Source: Vicugna vicugna (taxonomy: Eukaryota). From it: a stretch of 64,000 nt of DNA. Where the stretch lies: assembly GCA_013265495.1 (NCBI GenBank), contig MU057552.1, forward strand, positions 93,655 through 157,654. Reading direction: 5' to 3'. The notes below the pieces were generated by a model. That model was given only the letters and a program-made list of their open reading frames with translations. It did not search any database and had not been told where the DNA came from. Shown piece after piece: positions 31,984 through 45,469 of the stretch (positions within the stretch are counted from its first letter, which is position 1; each line of letters starts with the position of its first letter). A program made the position numbers and the translations under genes.

Positions 31984-34900
31984 CTTTTTTTAAAATTTTT
32001 TATTGATTTATAAACATTGTACAATGTTGTGTCAAATTCCAATGTTCAGCACAGTTTTTCAGTTATACATGAACATATATGTATTCATTGTTACATTTTT
32101 TCTCTGTTAGCTAACATAAGATCTTGTGTATATTTCCCTGTGCTTTACAGAATAATCTTGTTTACCTGATATACAATTATAGAGTCCCGTCTATCCCTTC
32201 CCACCCTCCACCCTCTTGGCAACAACAAGTATGAATTCTATGTCTATGAGTCTATATCTATTTTGTATTTATGCTCTTTTTATTTTTGTGTTTTAGATTC
32301 CACATATGAGCAATCTCATATGGTATTTTTCTTTCTCTTTCTGGCTTACTTCACTTAGAATGACATTCTTCAGGAGCATCCATATTATTGCAAATGGCAT
32401 TATGTTGTCAGTTTTTATGGCAGAATAGTATTCCATTGCATAAATATACCACATCTTCTTTATCCAGTCATCCAACATTTGGGCCCCTGTCTTGGCTATT
32501 GTAAATAGTGCTGCTATGAATATTGGATGCAGGTGTCATCCTGAAGTAGGGTTCCTTCTGGATATAAGACCAGGAGCAGAATTCCTGGGTCATACAGTAT
32601 GTCTACTCCTAGTGTTTTGAAGAATCTCCATACTGTTTTCCACAGTGGCTGCACCAAACTACATTCCCACCTGCAGTGTAAGAGGGTTACCCTTTCTCCA
32701 CAGCCCCTCCAGCATTTGTCATTTGTGGATTTTTCAATGATGGCCAATCTGACTGGTGTGAGGTGATACCTCATTGTAGTTTTGATTTGCATTTCTCTGA
32801 TTATTAGTGATATTGAACATTTTTTATGTGCCTATTGATCATTTCTATGTCTTCCTTGGAGAACTGTTTCTTCAGTTTTTTTGCCCATCTATGTATTCTG
32901 TTGTTTGGTTGTTTCTTATTAAGTTGCATTAGCTGCTTATATATTCTGGAGATCAAGCCTTTGTCGGTATCACTTGCAAAAATTTTCTCCCATTCCGTAG
33001 GTTGTTTTTTTGGTTTTACTTATGGTTTCCTTTGCTGTGCAGAAGCTTATAAGTTTTACTAGGTCTAATTTGTTTATTCTTGCATTTATTTCTTCTAGGA
33101 AAGATTTGAGATATATGTTAGATAATGTTTTGCCTATGTTTTCTCTAGGAGTTTTATTGTATTTTGTTTGATGTTTAGGTCTTTGATCCATTTTGAGTTT
33201 ATTTTTGTGCATGGCATAAGGGAGTGTCCTAGTTTCATTGTTTTACTTGCTCCTGTCTAGTTTTCCCAACACCACTTGCTGAAGAGACTGTCTTTATTCC
33301 ATTGTATATTATTGCCTCCTTTGTTGAAGATGAGTTGACCAAATGTTTGTGAGTTCATTTCTGGGCTCTCTATTCTGCTCCATTGGTCTATATGTCTGTT
33401 TTTGTACCAATACCATGCTGTCTTGATGACTGCAGCTCTGTAGTATTATCTGAGGTCTGGGAGAGTTATTCCTTCAGCCTCTTCCTTTCTCTTCAGTAAT
33501 GCTTTGGCAATTCTAGGTCTTTGATGGTTCCATATAAATTTTATTATGCTTTGTTCTAGTTCTGTGAAATATGTCCTGGGTAATTGGATAGGGATTGCGT
33601 TAAATCTGTAGATTGCCTTGGACAGTGTGACCATTTTCACAATATTGATTCTTCCGATCCAACAGCATGGGATATCTTTCCATTTTTAAGTCTTCTTTAA
33701 TTTCCTTCATCAATGGTTTATAGTTTTCTGTGTGTAATACTTTCACCTCCTTGGTTAGATTTATTCCCAGATATTTTATTACTTTGGGTGCAATAGGGGA
33801 TTGTTTCTTTAGTTTCTTTTTCTGTTGATTCGTCGTTAGTGTAAAGAAATGCAACTGATTTTTGAACGTTAATCTTGCAGCCTGCTACCTTGCTGAATTC
33901 TTCGATCAGCTCTTGTAGCTTTTGTGTGGACCTTTTAGGGTTTTCTATATATAGTAACATGTCATTGGCATAGAGTGACACTTTTACCTCTTGTTTTCCA
34001 ATTTGAATCCCTTTTATTTCTCACTCTTGTCTGATTGTTGTGGCCAGGACTTCCAAGATGATATTGAATATGAGTGGTGATAGTGAGCATTCTTGTCTTG
34101 TCCCAGATTTTAGTTGGAAGCTTTTGTGTTTTTCACCATTGAGTACTATGCTGGCTGTAGGTTTGTCATATATAGCTTTTATTATGTTGACATATGTTCC
34201 CTCTATACCCATTTGGGTGAGAGTTTTTTTTATCATAAATGGGTGTTGAATTTTATCAAAAGCTTTTTCTGCATCTCTTGAGATGATCATGTGGTTTTTG
34301 TCCTTTATTTTGTTGATGTGATGTATTACATTGATGGATTTGCATATGTTGAACCACCCTGTGTCCCTTGGATGAATCCCACTTTGTCATGTTGTATAAT
34401 CTTTTTTATATGTTGTTGGATTCTCTTTGTTAATATTTTGGTGAGGATATTGGCATCTATGTTCATCAGTGATATCAGCCTATAATCCTGTTTTTTTGTA
34501 GTGTCTTTGCCTGGTTTTGGTATCAGGGTGATGGTGGCTTCATAGAATGAGTTTGGGAGTATTCCCTCCTTTTCAATTGTCTGGAAGAGTTTGAGAAGGA
34601 CTGGTATCAGTTCTTCTATGTATGTTTGGTAGAATTCCCTGGTGAAGCCATCCAGTCCTGGACTTTTATTTGTAGGAATGCTTTAATTGCTATTTCTATT
34701 TCATTTCTAGTGATTGGTTTGTGCAAGTGGTCAGTTTCTTCTTGATTCAGTCTTGGTGGACAGTATGTTTCCAGAAACTTGTCCATCTCCTCTAGGTTAT
34801 TCAGTTTGGTTCCATAGAATTTTTCATAATATTCTTGTATGATATTCTGTATTTCTATTGTATTAGTTGTAATTTCTCCATTTTCCTTTCTTATGTTGCC

Positions 34901-37900
34901 AATTTGTCCTCTCTCTTTTTTCTTCTTTGTGAGTTTGGCCAGAGGTTTGTCGATTTTATTTACTTTTTCAAAAAAAAACAGCCTTTGGTTTGATTGATTT
35001 TTCTACAGTCTTGTTAATCTCTATTTTCTTTATTTCCTCCCTAATCTTTATTATTTCCTTCCTTCTGCTGACTTTTGGGGCTTTTTGGTCTTCTTTTTCT
35101 AGTTAATTCAGCTGGTGGGTTAAATTGTTTATTTGAGTTGGTTCTTGTGTTCTGAGGAAGGCCTGTATTGCTATAAACTTCCCTCTTAACACTGCCTTAG
35201 CTGTGTCCCACAGATTTTGAGTGGTTGTGGTTTCATTGTCATTTGTCTCAAGGTATTTTTTAATTTCAGCTTTGATTTCCTCATTGACCCTTTTTTTTAA
35301 TAGCATGTTGTTTAATCTCCATGCTTTTTTTTTCTCCTTTGTTTCTCTGTTGTTGATTTCTAGTTTCATGGCATTGTGGTCAGTAAAGATGCTTGAGATA
35401 ATTTCTATCTTTTTAAAATTGTTGAGGTTTCTTTTGTGCCCAAGTACATGATCAATCCTGGAAAATTTTCCATGTGCACTTGAAAAGAACATAAATCCTA
35501 TTTTCGGGGATATAATGCTCTGAAAATATCCACCAAATCTAATTTTTCTATTGTATTGTTTTATTTCTCTCTTGCCTTCTTTATTTTCTGTCTGAGAGGC
35601 TGGTCTAGTGATGTTAATGCAGTGTTAAAATCTCCAACTATGATTGTATTCCCATCAATATCACCTGTATCTCTGTTAGCAATTGTTCTTTATATTTAGG
35701 TGCTCCTATATAGGGTGCATATATATTAATGAAAGTAATATCCTCATCTTGTATCACTCCTTTAATCATTATAAAATGTCCTTCTTTATCTTTATGGCCT
35801 TTGTTTTAAAGTTTATTTTGTCTGAAATCAGTACTGCAACACCTGCTTTTTTGGCTTATCCATTTGCATGGAATATCCTTTTCCATCCTTTCACTCTCAA
35901 ACTATATGTGTCCTTCTCCCTAAAGTGGGTCTCTTTTATCCAGCATATTGAAGGTTCTTGCTTTATTACCCAGTCTGGCACTCTGTGTCTTTTGACTGGA
36001 TCATTTAGTCCATTAACATTTACAGAAATTAATGATACGTGTGTGCTTATTGCCATTTTGAACTTATCTTTGCAGTTGAATCGGTATTTCCTCTTTGTTC
36101 CTTTTCTTCTTCCTTTTGTGGTTTGGTAACTTTCCTTTGTGTTATCATGGATTTTATTTAATTTTTATGACTCCCTTGTAAGTTTTTGGCTTGTGGTTGC
36201 TCTTTTTCATATTAGCTCCTTACTATAACTGTTTTCTATTAAACTGATAATAACATTATCTCAAACCCATCATACCGAGAACAAAAAATTTAAAAAAAGA
36301 GAAAAAATAATTCTATATTTCCCTGCCTCCCTCTGCCATTCTCAATGATTTGTATGTCTTCTATAATTTTGTGTTTATTTTATTTGTAATTCATGAGTTA
36401 TCACCTTTCCAGTTGTGAGTTTCTCATCTCTGTAGCATCCTGCTGCTTTTCTATTTAGAGTACAATTTTCAATATTTCTTTTAGCATGTGTTTAGTGTTG
36501 CTAAACTCCTGCAGATTTTTCTTATCTGTGGAATTCTTTTGCTCTCCTTCTATCCCAGGAGATAGCCTTGCTGTATAAAGTATCCTATGCTGCATCTTTT
36601 TTTTCATTCAGGAGTTTGAATATATCTTACCACTCCCTTCTGGCTTCTAGTGTTTGTGTAGAGAAATCAGCTGAGAGCCTTATGGGGTTTCCCTTGTAAC
36701 TTACTCTTTGCTTTTCTCTTGCTGCCTTTAGAGTCATTTCCTTATCCTTGTATCCGGCCATCTTGATTATGATATGTCTTAGTGTGGGTGTATTTGTGTT
36801 CTTCCTGTTTGGAACCCTCTGAGCTTCCTGTACTTGGATATCTGATTCCTTCTTTAAGTTTGGGAAGTTTTCAGTCATGATTTCTTCAAAAACCTTTTCA
36901 ATCCCTTTTGATCTTTCTTCCCCTTCTGGGACCTCTATCATGCGAAAACTGGCATGCTTTATATTAACCCATAGGTCTCTTATGCTATTTTTATTTGTTT
37001 ATCTTGTAGCTCTTCTGATTGTGTGTTTTCTGTTGTCCTGTCTTATAGGTCACTAATTCGTTCCTCTGCATTTTCTACTCTGCTTTGCACAGCTTTTAGA
37101 TAATTCCTTATCTCATTCAATGAGTTTACCCATTCTACTTGGCTCTTTATAACTCCAATTTCATTTTTGACGTATTTTATATCTATACACTATCTCTTTT
37201 AGTTCCTTCAGCAATTTGATCACTCCTTTTTTGAAATCTTGATCTATTAGGCTCTCAATGTCTATTTCATTGGTCATTCTTTCAGGGGATTTCTCTTGTT
37301 CTTTTAATTGGGAATGGTTTCTCTGCTTCTTCATCTTGCTCATATATCTCTGGTGCTGTGGCTTATGGAGTATCAGTAATTTATTGTGGCCCTTAAAGGA
37401 GTTTATTTATTTATCTATCTAATGCCTATGTAGGAATAAAACTTAAAAAGTAAAAAAAAAAAGGGGAGAAAGAACTTTAAAAAAAGGGAAAAAAAAAGGT
37501 TTAAAAAATGGACTATGTAGGAATAAAACTTAAAAAGTAAAAAAAAAAAGGAGAGAGAGAACTTTAAAAGAAGGGAGAAAAAAACGTTTGAAAACTGTGT
37601 ATCAATTATAGAAGAGCAATTTGAATTAGAGTAGCATTCGAATTGAGATCTTTTTAAAAACCCTCAAGAAAGCTAAAACGAAAAAAGATCTAAAAATGAC
37701 ACTTAAAATCCATTTACAAACAACAGCAGGAGATCAAACCCAAAAGAAGTGAAAATGCAATCAAGTGGATTCTCTTTAAAAAACAATAATATAACTACTT
37801 TAGGAGAGATACCCAAAAGGAATCAAAACTAGAAGCACACACAATTGTCTAGAAAGAAAAATTCAAAAAGGAACCACAACTAGAAGCATACACAACCTTC

Positions 37901-37941
37901 CAGAATTTAGAAATGAAAAAGGTAATAAAAAATAGAACAGA

Positions 37942-37976
<35 letters not shown>

Positions 37977-39480
37977 AGAGAGAATTCTGAAAAAGAGGAG
38001 GAAAATAAAGGCCTGAAAACAGCATACAGTAAACCACTGAAGAGTAAATTGAAGCAGAACAGCAATCGGGTTGTGACGTCTCCCAAAAACTCCAAAATAG
38101 GATAAAAGAGGACAAAAACATTTGAAACCTGTGTACAATCAACAACAGGTGATCAAAACCAAGAGAGAGAAAAATGACACGACGTGTACCTTTCTAAATA
38201 ACAACCATTCCATTTTAGAAACAAAATTCAAAAGGGACCAAAACTGAGAGGATTCAGCTGTTTAAAAAGCAAAAATCAAAAAGTTAACAGAGAATACAGC
38301 AGGCAAAAAAAGATAAAAAAACTCAAAAGGGGGAGTGGGTGTTCTCCTGGAGAATGTGCGTTCTGAATGAGAAGTCTTTCTGTATTCGCCCTGTTTCGAG
38401 GGCTCAGTTTGTTGTTTCACGAGGACCTCTGTTGGCGCCCTCGTCTATGCTGCTCCCAGTGCCTGTCGGCACGCAGATCGCGCCCCCTCCCAGCACAGAG
38501 ATCCTGCTGGAAAGGCAGGGGCCACCCGCCATCTCCCGGCGCCGGTTGCTCTGCAGCTCCGGCCTGCCGTGCGCTCTGCCCCGGGTCGGCACTCCGCAGG
38601 CGGGCCCCAGGAAGGCTGAGGAACACCTCCGTTCCTGCTCCGTGTCCAAACTCAGCTCCTTGTTTCTTCTGGCAGCGCGAACTTTGCCAGGCACCAGGGC
38701 GGAAGGATCCTATCTGCCTCGGGCTGCAAACAAGTCACTGTCTGGACTCCGAGGCTGCCAAGCCCCCAGGCGCGGACCCAGGTTTCGCCCCCGCCCCCGT
38801 CCCAACCCGGGTGCCAAGCGCCGGAGGATATGGCGTCTGTGCTTCAGCCCCGCCTCTCCCCGCTGAAAACCTTCCCTGGGTTTTCAGAGATGGGGGTGTG
38901 CACCCTACCCCGCAGGGCACATCAGCCATGCTGTTTCATGGAGGCCCAGGTTGTTCTGCCGTGTGCACCCACAGCCACAGCGCGCAGCCCCCTGCAGTCC
39001 CCCAGGGCTGCCTCAGCGCAGCCATCTCCGTCCTCCACCTGGCCCTGGCGGCCTGTCCCAGCCACTAGCTTCTGGCTCGAGTCTCGGCCTGGGTGTCACA
39101 GGGACCCTCTGTGCCCGTTTCACTTAGTTCTGTTGGTCAAGGGCTGCTCCTTACAGACCCGAGCCTCTGAGGCTCCCCCTCCGTCCTGCTGTCCTCTCCA
39201 TTGGAGAGGGGAGACCCAGCGAGCGAGTGCCAGCTGTCCTTTGCCGCTCCCTCCCCGCGGGAACCGTCCCGCTCTGCTTTGCCTTTCCACCTACCTTTTA
39301 TTTTTTTTGCCTTTTTCCTACCAGATTTTTGGTGTCTTTGTCTTTTGAAGAGGACAATGTTCTTTTGGAGTTCCTTAGGTGCTCTGGTTGGCGGAGAGGG
39401 TCCATAGATGTGAGTCTTGGTGCATCTTTGGGAGAGGGTGAGCTACGTGCATCCTACTACTCTGCTGTCTTGACCTCCTT
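31984..39480 (-). mobile_element. Full-length (~7.5 kb) LINE-1, ORF1 and ORF2 disrupted
   Basis: 5' end GGAGGTCAAGAC... at ~39480, CpG-rich 5' UTR 38340-39300. ORF1 starts at 37343 (MSKMKKQRNHSQLKEQEKSPE; IRLSADFS). ORF2 starts at 36056 (VNVNGLN endonuclease motif, [18 protein letters not shown]-like YANDM). Both are split into many short ORFs. Confidence 0.97.
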
Positions 39481-39482
39481 CC

Positions 39483-40110
39483 TCCATTTTATATGTAGTA
39501 CTTTGTACCTCTCAAGCCCCTACCCCCAGCCTGCCTCCCCTCTCCTCCTTCTCCCAGATGGTAACCACCAGTCTGTTCTGTGTTCCTGTGAATCTATTTC
39601 TGTTTTGTTATAGTCTTTAATTTGTTTTATTTTTTAGGTATACATATAAGTTAATACGTAGAATATTTGTTTTTCTTTTTCTGACGTATTTCACTTAGCA
39701 TAATACCCTGTAGGTGCATCTGTGTTGTTGCAAATGGCATTATTTTATTTTTTATGGCTGAGCAGTATTCCATTGTCTGTGTGTGTGTGAGTGTGTATAT
39801 ACGTGTGTGTATGTATATATGTATATATACATATATATATATATAATATACCGCACCTTCTTTACCCAGTCATCTGTCAGTGAATATTTGGGTTGTTTCC
39901 ATGTCTTGGCTATTGTAAATAGTGCTGCTATGAACATCGGGGTGCATGTGTCTTTCTGAATTATATTTTCCTCCAGACATATGGCCATGAATGGGATTGC
40001 TGGATCACATGGAAGTCTATTTTTAGTTTTTTAAGGAACCTCTATATTGTCACCGATAATGGCTGCACCAATTTGCATTCCCACCAACCGTGGAGGAGGG
40101 TTTCTTTTTC
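39483..40110 (-). mobile_element. Older L1 3' region, right half, with (TG/TA)n insert
   Basis: [22 protein letters not shown] motif on the minus strand. Confidence 0.85.
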
Positions 40111-40844
40111 TCTTAAAAGTTCAAAAATTCTCTACCTTCATATACTTCCCTTACAGTTTAGGACACAACTTGGCAAAAGCCAGGTAGAATTTAATAGCAG
40201 TAAATACAGTATTTTTTTTAAATGGCCATGTAATATGGATAGATGTGTTATTGATGAGTTAGTTCCCTATTTTTGTAGATGTAGAAGTTTTTATAGCTTC
40301 ACAGACATTTCAGTCTTGCAGATAGAAAAATTTCTTTGCATTTTGCTGAACTTGTCTGGGTGGTTTTACCGAATTTGGTCTAGGCATGCAGAGGTGAATA
40401 CACATCCAAACCTGAACCATTTGAATGTATGCAAGATTTTAAAAGTCTAGAATGTCAGATCTGGACTATAACTCTGGTAAATGACATCAGTGAGTGGGAC
40501 TCAAAAAAAACTCCATTTGAGTGCAAAACCTTTCATAAGCCATAAAAGGCCTTAGAATGGTGGCAAACCCAGAGACTTCTGTGCACCACAAATGGCCACA
40601 AACCCATGGGGAAAACTATGGGCCTTCTGGAGTGCCAAGGGAATTCCATGTTAGGAGTCCAGCACCCACAGGAATCTAACAAGTTCCTGCTGCCAGAGCA
40701 CCTTCATTGATATTGTGCTGTTTTGAACAAATGTCTTTTCATCAGGTTCAAATTAGTTTTTTTTTTTTTGCATAAAATAATCAAACAACTTCTTGTTCCC
40801 TTGTTGAAGGTAAAAGCCTAACATTTTCTGATTTCTTTTGACAG

Positions 40845-40910
40845 AGAAAAACATAAGCCTATGAATCTAACCACATCTGTGATGGTCTGCAGCTAGAAGC
40901 AACCAGATCA
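40845..40910 (+). pseudogene. ANO6: ANO6 pseudogene, exon 4
   Basis: AG/GT-bounded, 66 bp. RKT*AYESNHICDGLQLEATRS versus ANO6 RKRQAYESNLICHGLQLEATRS. TAA at 40854-40856. Exon numbering is from memory of the human gene. Confidence 0.92.
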
Positions 40911-41800
40911 GTGAGTGTCAGTACCTTTGCAGCCATTGGCCAGGAACCTGCATGTTACTGGAATGCTGGAATGGCATTTGAAACATGTCACCCCAGCTAT
41001 GCCTTCACTGTGGGCTGGGAGGGGAGTCAGGCATAATCTGCATTACAGAATGTATGTTTCAGATCCAAAGCAAGGAGATCTTTTTTAATAACCAAAGGAT
41101 GTAGTCATAAATATATCTATCAATGTATTTATGCAAGAATCTTTTTAACAATTTTTTATTATAAAAATTTACCCCCCAAAATTGAAAATGTAAGAATAGT
41201 GGAATTAAAAATCATCTATACCTTAATTATCCATAAACAATCTTAAAATCCTTCTAAACTTTCTTTGCTCAAATGTAGATATTTTTCCCTTCCAAAAAGG
41301 AAAATTATTATTTCACAATTTTTTGCTTTTTCCTTTTATTTTATATTCCATATCAATAAATACAATTATTTTAAATCCTTTTTAATGGCTGTTTAACACT
41401 ATATTGAACAAATATGTAAATAATTCTCTTCTAGATTTGAGAAATTTTTAAAATTGTCATTACAATACCACTGCAAAGATTATTTTAGTGTTTTTATTTT
41501 TAGTTACTAATTTGGACTAAATATTAACAAGTTTGCTTTTCTTCATCTAAAACATTGGTAATTTTATGAATGAACTGTAAGGATTTTAATTAATTTTTCA
41601 GTAATTTCAATAAAGAAATTATCTTTAAGGCAAAAGTGTATGATGGTTTGCAAATCTATTTTTATTATATCTTTACTTTTACCAGTGTCATATGTGTGTG
41701 TGTTTGCACACATGCTTTAACTACCAACAAGGTAAGAAAAACTGTTTACTAAAAATGTGAAAATAGTTTCCTGGTTTGTGTTTTCATTCTCCAAATATAG

Positions 41801-42089
41801 GTTTTTGGATGACAAGCTTGTATTTGTAAAAGTTCACACCGTGTGGGAAGTGCTGTGTACATACGCTGAGATACTGCACATAAAATTGCCTCTGAAACCC
41901 AATGATCTGAAAACCTGGTCCTCAGACTTTGATAATTTCAGCTGTTTTATGAAAGTCCTCCAAGTGGATGAAAGTATCATCAAGCCAGAGCAAGAGTTTT
42001 TCACCGCCCCATTTGAGAAGAACTGCATGAATGTCTTTTATATTCAGGATAGAGACACATTCTTCATTTCAGCCACCAGAGGCTAGATT
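41801..42089 (+). pseudogene. ANO6: ANO6 pseudogene, exon 5
   Basis: LDDKLVFVKVHTVWEVLCTYAEILHIKLPLKPNDLK...IIKPEQEFFTAPFEKN...ATRG*I. 289 bp (extra T at the start, frameshift). TAG at 42084-42086. Confidence 0.95.
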
Positions 42090-42322
42090 GTAAGTCTAAA
42101 CCAAGTTTTACTGCTGTCTTGGGGGTGATTTAGAACCTTCTGTTGAATTATCAGTGATTCGGTTTGGTTGGTTTGGTTTGGTTTTTAAAAGCTGCCCCCC
42201 CCCAAAAAAAAGGAAAAAAGAGAAAGAAAAGAAGTATACCTACAGATTACTGTTAGGATAGTAAATAGTGGCTGGTTTGTTACCCTGTATAAACCACACA
42301 CTCTCTTATAGAATCCTTTTAG

Positions 42323-42436
42323 GTTTATTTCATCCCTTCTCAGATCAAGTATCAAGTAAGGGTCAATGTTAAAAAATTCAGGATTAACAGGCTTGTGAGC
42401 TCCAGGACCTGCAAGGCAGCTTTCCCTCCCCATGGT
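42323..42436 (+). pseudogene. ANO6: ANO6 pseudogene, exon 6
   Basis: 114 bp, AG/GT. VYFIPSQIKYQVRVNVKKFRINRLVSSRTCKAAFPPHG versus VYFILSRVKYQVINNVSKFGINRLVNSGIYKAAFPLHD. Confidence 0.93.
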
Positions 42437-42715
42437 GTAAGTCAAATGGCAGAAATGAAATAAAGCACCTCATGTCTCCTCCAGGGTTAGCAGAAAAGGG
42501 CTAATCTTCTTGAATTTGTTTCTTTCTGGGTAAAATGAAGATAATATGTCAGAAGTCTACAAGCTCATTTAGAGCAGGAACCAGGTTGTCTTTTTTACTG
42601 CTGAATCCCAGGCACCGGGAAGGCCGAGTTTAAATGAGTGAATGAATGAACTGTAGTTCCCCCAGAGCTACCGTGTGGGGCAGTGAGGATTAGCAGCTAA
42701 GAGCATAGACTCTAG

Positions 42716-42895
42716 AGGGGAGGGTATGGCTCAAGTGATGGAGTGCATGGTTAGCATGCACAAGGTCCTGGGTTCAGCCCCCAGCACCTTCTCTAAAATA
42801 GATAAATTACCCTAATTACCTCCCCACCCCCCACCAGTATTACCTTATTACCTCCCCACCACCCCCCCAAAAAAAAGAAAAGAAAGAGATAAAAG
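42716..42895 (+). mobile_element. Vic-like tRNA SINE next to a MIR (42900-43110)
   Basis: GGGGAGGGTATGGCTCAAGTG...TTAGCATGCACAAGGTCCTGGGTTCAGCCCCCAGCACC, then CCTAATTACCTCCCC and an A-tail. Confidence 0.88.
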
Positions 42896-44672
42896 GGAGC
42901 AGTGGCGAAGAGCGTACACTCAGGCTGGAACACCTGTGCTTGTTTCTCACTGTCGACCTTGCAAAAGTCATTTAGCCTCTCTGTTTATCAAGTTCCTCAT
43001 CAATAAAATGGGGGTAATAATAGTACCCATCTCGTAGAGTTGCTGTGGGAATTAATGAATCCATGTCAATGTTAGGACAGCCCTGGCTTATAGTGAGTAC
43101 TATGTATCTGTCAGCTCTTTTCATAATAACTGACAGATGTTATTATCAACCAAAGAATTATTAGTTCCTTGTAAGAGAAATGCATGTTAGACCATTTCAT
43201 TTATCATTTTCTGTAATTCAGGCTTTATCCCTCTGAAATAACATTTTCTAGCTGTTCACTAGGTAGAATGTCACAGAGCTTTCCAAAATTCATCTGTCTG
43301 AGTTCTTGTCATGATGGCAATACCACAGTGTTGACTATTTTGGGGGACTCTGAGATGACAGCAACTCCTCAAATTCAGAAACACTTCTCTAACTGATAAC
43401 ATCTCTAATGAAATGAAGTTGCTAAAATGTGACTGCTTCAGATGCTTAATGATGCCATAAATGCAAGAACATTATATCTAATCTCTTTAAATAAATTCTG
43501 TCATTGAAATAAAGGAAATACTATATTATAGCACTCTATGGCTTTGTTATCTTAGCTATCCATTTATCTGACTCTCTAAGATCAAAGAAAGCAAAGACTG
43601 AGATTGATCATTAGTACTATGTGGTACACATATTTGTGGATGAAGACAACACTGAAGTGTACTGTATAAGATATCAAAACGAGGACACTAAACAGCTGCT
43701 TGATACACATGCATGAACAGAACAGGGAGCTGGGTGCATGGAGCAGACACTGAGCTTCCTGGCTCAGAGACCCAGCAGAGCAGTCCAGCCCGGCAGTCCA
43801 CATGTTTTATATTTGTGCCCCAGCAAAATTAGCAGTGAGAGCCTGAAATGAACTTTGGGGACACTTGCAAACAGCTGTCATGATTACTAATGTGGGACAC
43901 CAGGATTCTATAGTGTGTAGTCAGCATCTGCACACAACGAGTTCTTTTCCAATAAAGTCTGTTGTAATTGCTGGTCCCACACCCGGGCTGAGGAATAATC
44001 TCATGCAGTGTTTGGGAGGGAGGTAAGTGGAGTAAGGACCCATGTTAAGGCTGGGTGGGTGATAATCTGGTTCTAGTACAGGAGGAAGGAATGTAGGTTA
44101 GGTGGGAAGGAGAATGACTGGATTTAAACTTTGTTTCTTGAGTAAGCTAAATATATAACAGTATGTCAAGTTTCTTTGTTGTTTATATTCCATGTGCTGT
44201 CACAGAATAACTACTGAATTGTGGGGACAAAAAAGCCTGGGTTTTAGAATTGACCCTGCCCCTAGCCAGCCAGAGTCCAGGTTCCTCTGGGTGTCCAAGG
44301 AGGGGGCTGGACCGTCAGGAGTCCCTCCACTGCAGCAGTTTGGGCACTTGGGTGGCCTAGTTTTTTGCTGTGTAAGACTGGCCCACTTTTAGGACATTAA
44401 GCATCTGCAGGGCTCTCCCCAGGTACCCACGGTGCTCCCAGGACTGTAACATCCAAGCGTTCCTTTCCACCCACGTTTGCATATGACCCTCAAGGGGTTA
44501 GTATTAGCCCCGGGTGAGAATTATGAAAAACTATATGGTGCTTCCATCCCTTCTGGCAAGTGAGGGCCCCTTATTTACAAATGACCACGAAGTGTTAGCA
44601 CAACATTTTTACCAACAGAACATGTGAACACGTGGTGATTGTGACACTCACCTGTTTGCTTCTGCTTCCCAT

Positions 44673-44787
44673 TGCAACTTCAGTCTCCGTCAGAGGACCT
44701 CAGCTGCCCCAGCGAACAGGGCCTTCTGTACAGGGAATGGGCTCCTCCTCGAAGCATAGACAAGAAGCAGAACTTGGATCTCATCAG
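44673..44787 (+). pseudogene. ANO6: ANO6 pseudogene, exon 7
   Basis: CNFS..SEDLSCPSEQGLLYREWAPPRSIDKKQNLDLIR versus CKFRRQSEDPSCPNERYLLYREWAHPRSIYKKQPLDLIR. Acceptor reads AT instead of AG. 1-bp deletion. Confidence 0.92.
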
Positions 44788-44874
44788 GTGAGCTGTTGTG
44801 GAGAGCACTCCAGTGGGAAGGGCTCAGGGTTGCCCTCATGGCATCTGAGTGTGACAGTCCTCCAAGAGCGTTAC

Positions 44875-45260
44875 CAACCAGGAAGCTCACAGGAGCTCTG
44901 AGCTTCATTGCCCCAGGATTTTACTGGAGGCTTTATTACAAAGGCATGATTGATTGAGTCACTACTGACATGGCTAACCCAAACCCTAACTAACTCAAAC
45001 CTGTCCTTAGCCCTAACCCTTGAGCCCCTTCCTCTCCTGGTGGTCACTCACCTGTCACACAGCTCATAGCCCCACTCCTCTAATCACATGGTTGGTGTCT
45101 CTGGCTGGCCAGTCCCCATCCTGAGTGATCTCATGAACATAAGCCATCCAAGGGTCTACCATGCATAACAAAGACACTCCTATCTTGGGAAATTTCAAGG
45201 CTTTAGAGGTTGCCATCCAGGAACTGGGACCAAAGACCTACCAAATTCTTCATTAAACAG
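44875..45260 (-). mobile_element. MER21-like LTR fragment
   Basis: GGCATGATTGATT, CTCTAATCACATGGTTGG, ATAACAAAGACACTCCTATC, CCAGGAACTGGGACCAAAGACC. Confidence 0.65.
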
Positions 45261-45469
45261 GAGAAAATCTTAGATTTCACTTAAATTATAAAATAAGAGA
45301 TAGAAATTCTCACTGCTTCACTGTATTTGCCATGTGACACCATCCCACTACACCATGTGACTGTTAACGTCTCACTCAGCGTGGGTCTTCTCAGAGCACC
45401 AGTGCCGGCTGCTCCCCGGCAGCTTATGCTGTTTGGGCAAGGCGGCTGGGGAGAGGGAGGCCAAGAATA

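Noticed and set aside
31984..39480. Retrotransposition-competent L1
   Set aside because: ORF1 and ORF2 are split by many stops and frameshifts, and the RT YADD motif reads YAND.
38339..39613. Plus-strand ORFs of 128-233 aa as an L1 ORF0-like gene
   Set aside because: GC-rich antisense 5' UTR with several overlapping frames open and no recognisable homology.
41757..42086. 109-aa ORF as a functional anoctamin
   Set aside because: Single exon with a frameshift and a stop. Most other exons are also disabled.
44972..45020. Interstitial telomeric CCCTAA repeats
   Set aside because: Only two exact units, inside an LTR fragment.
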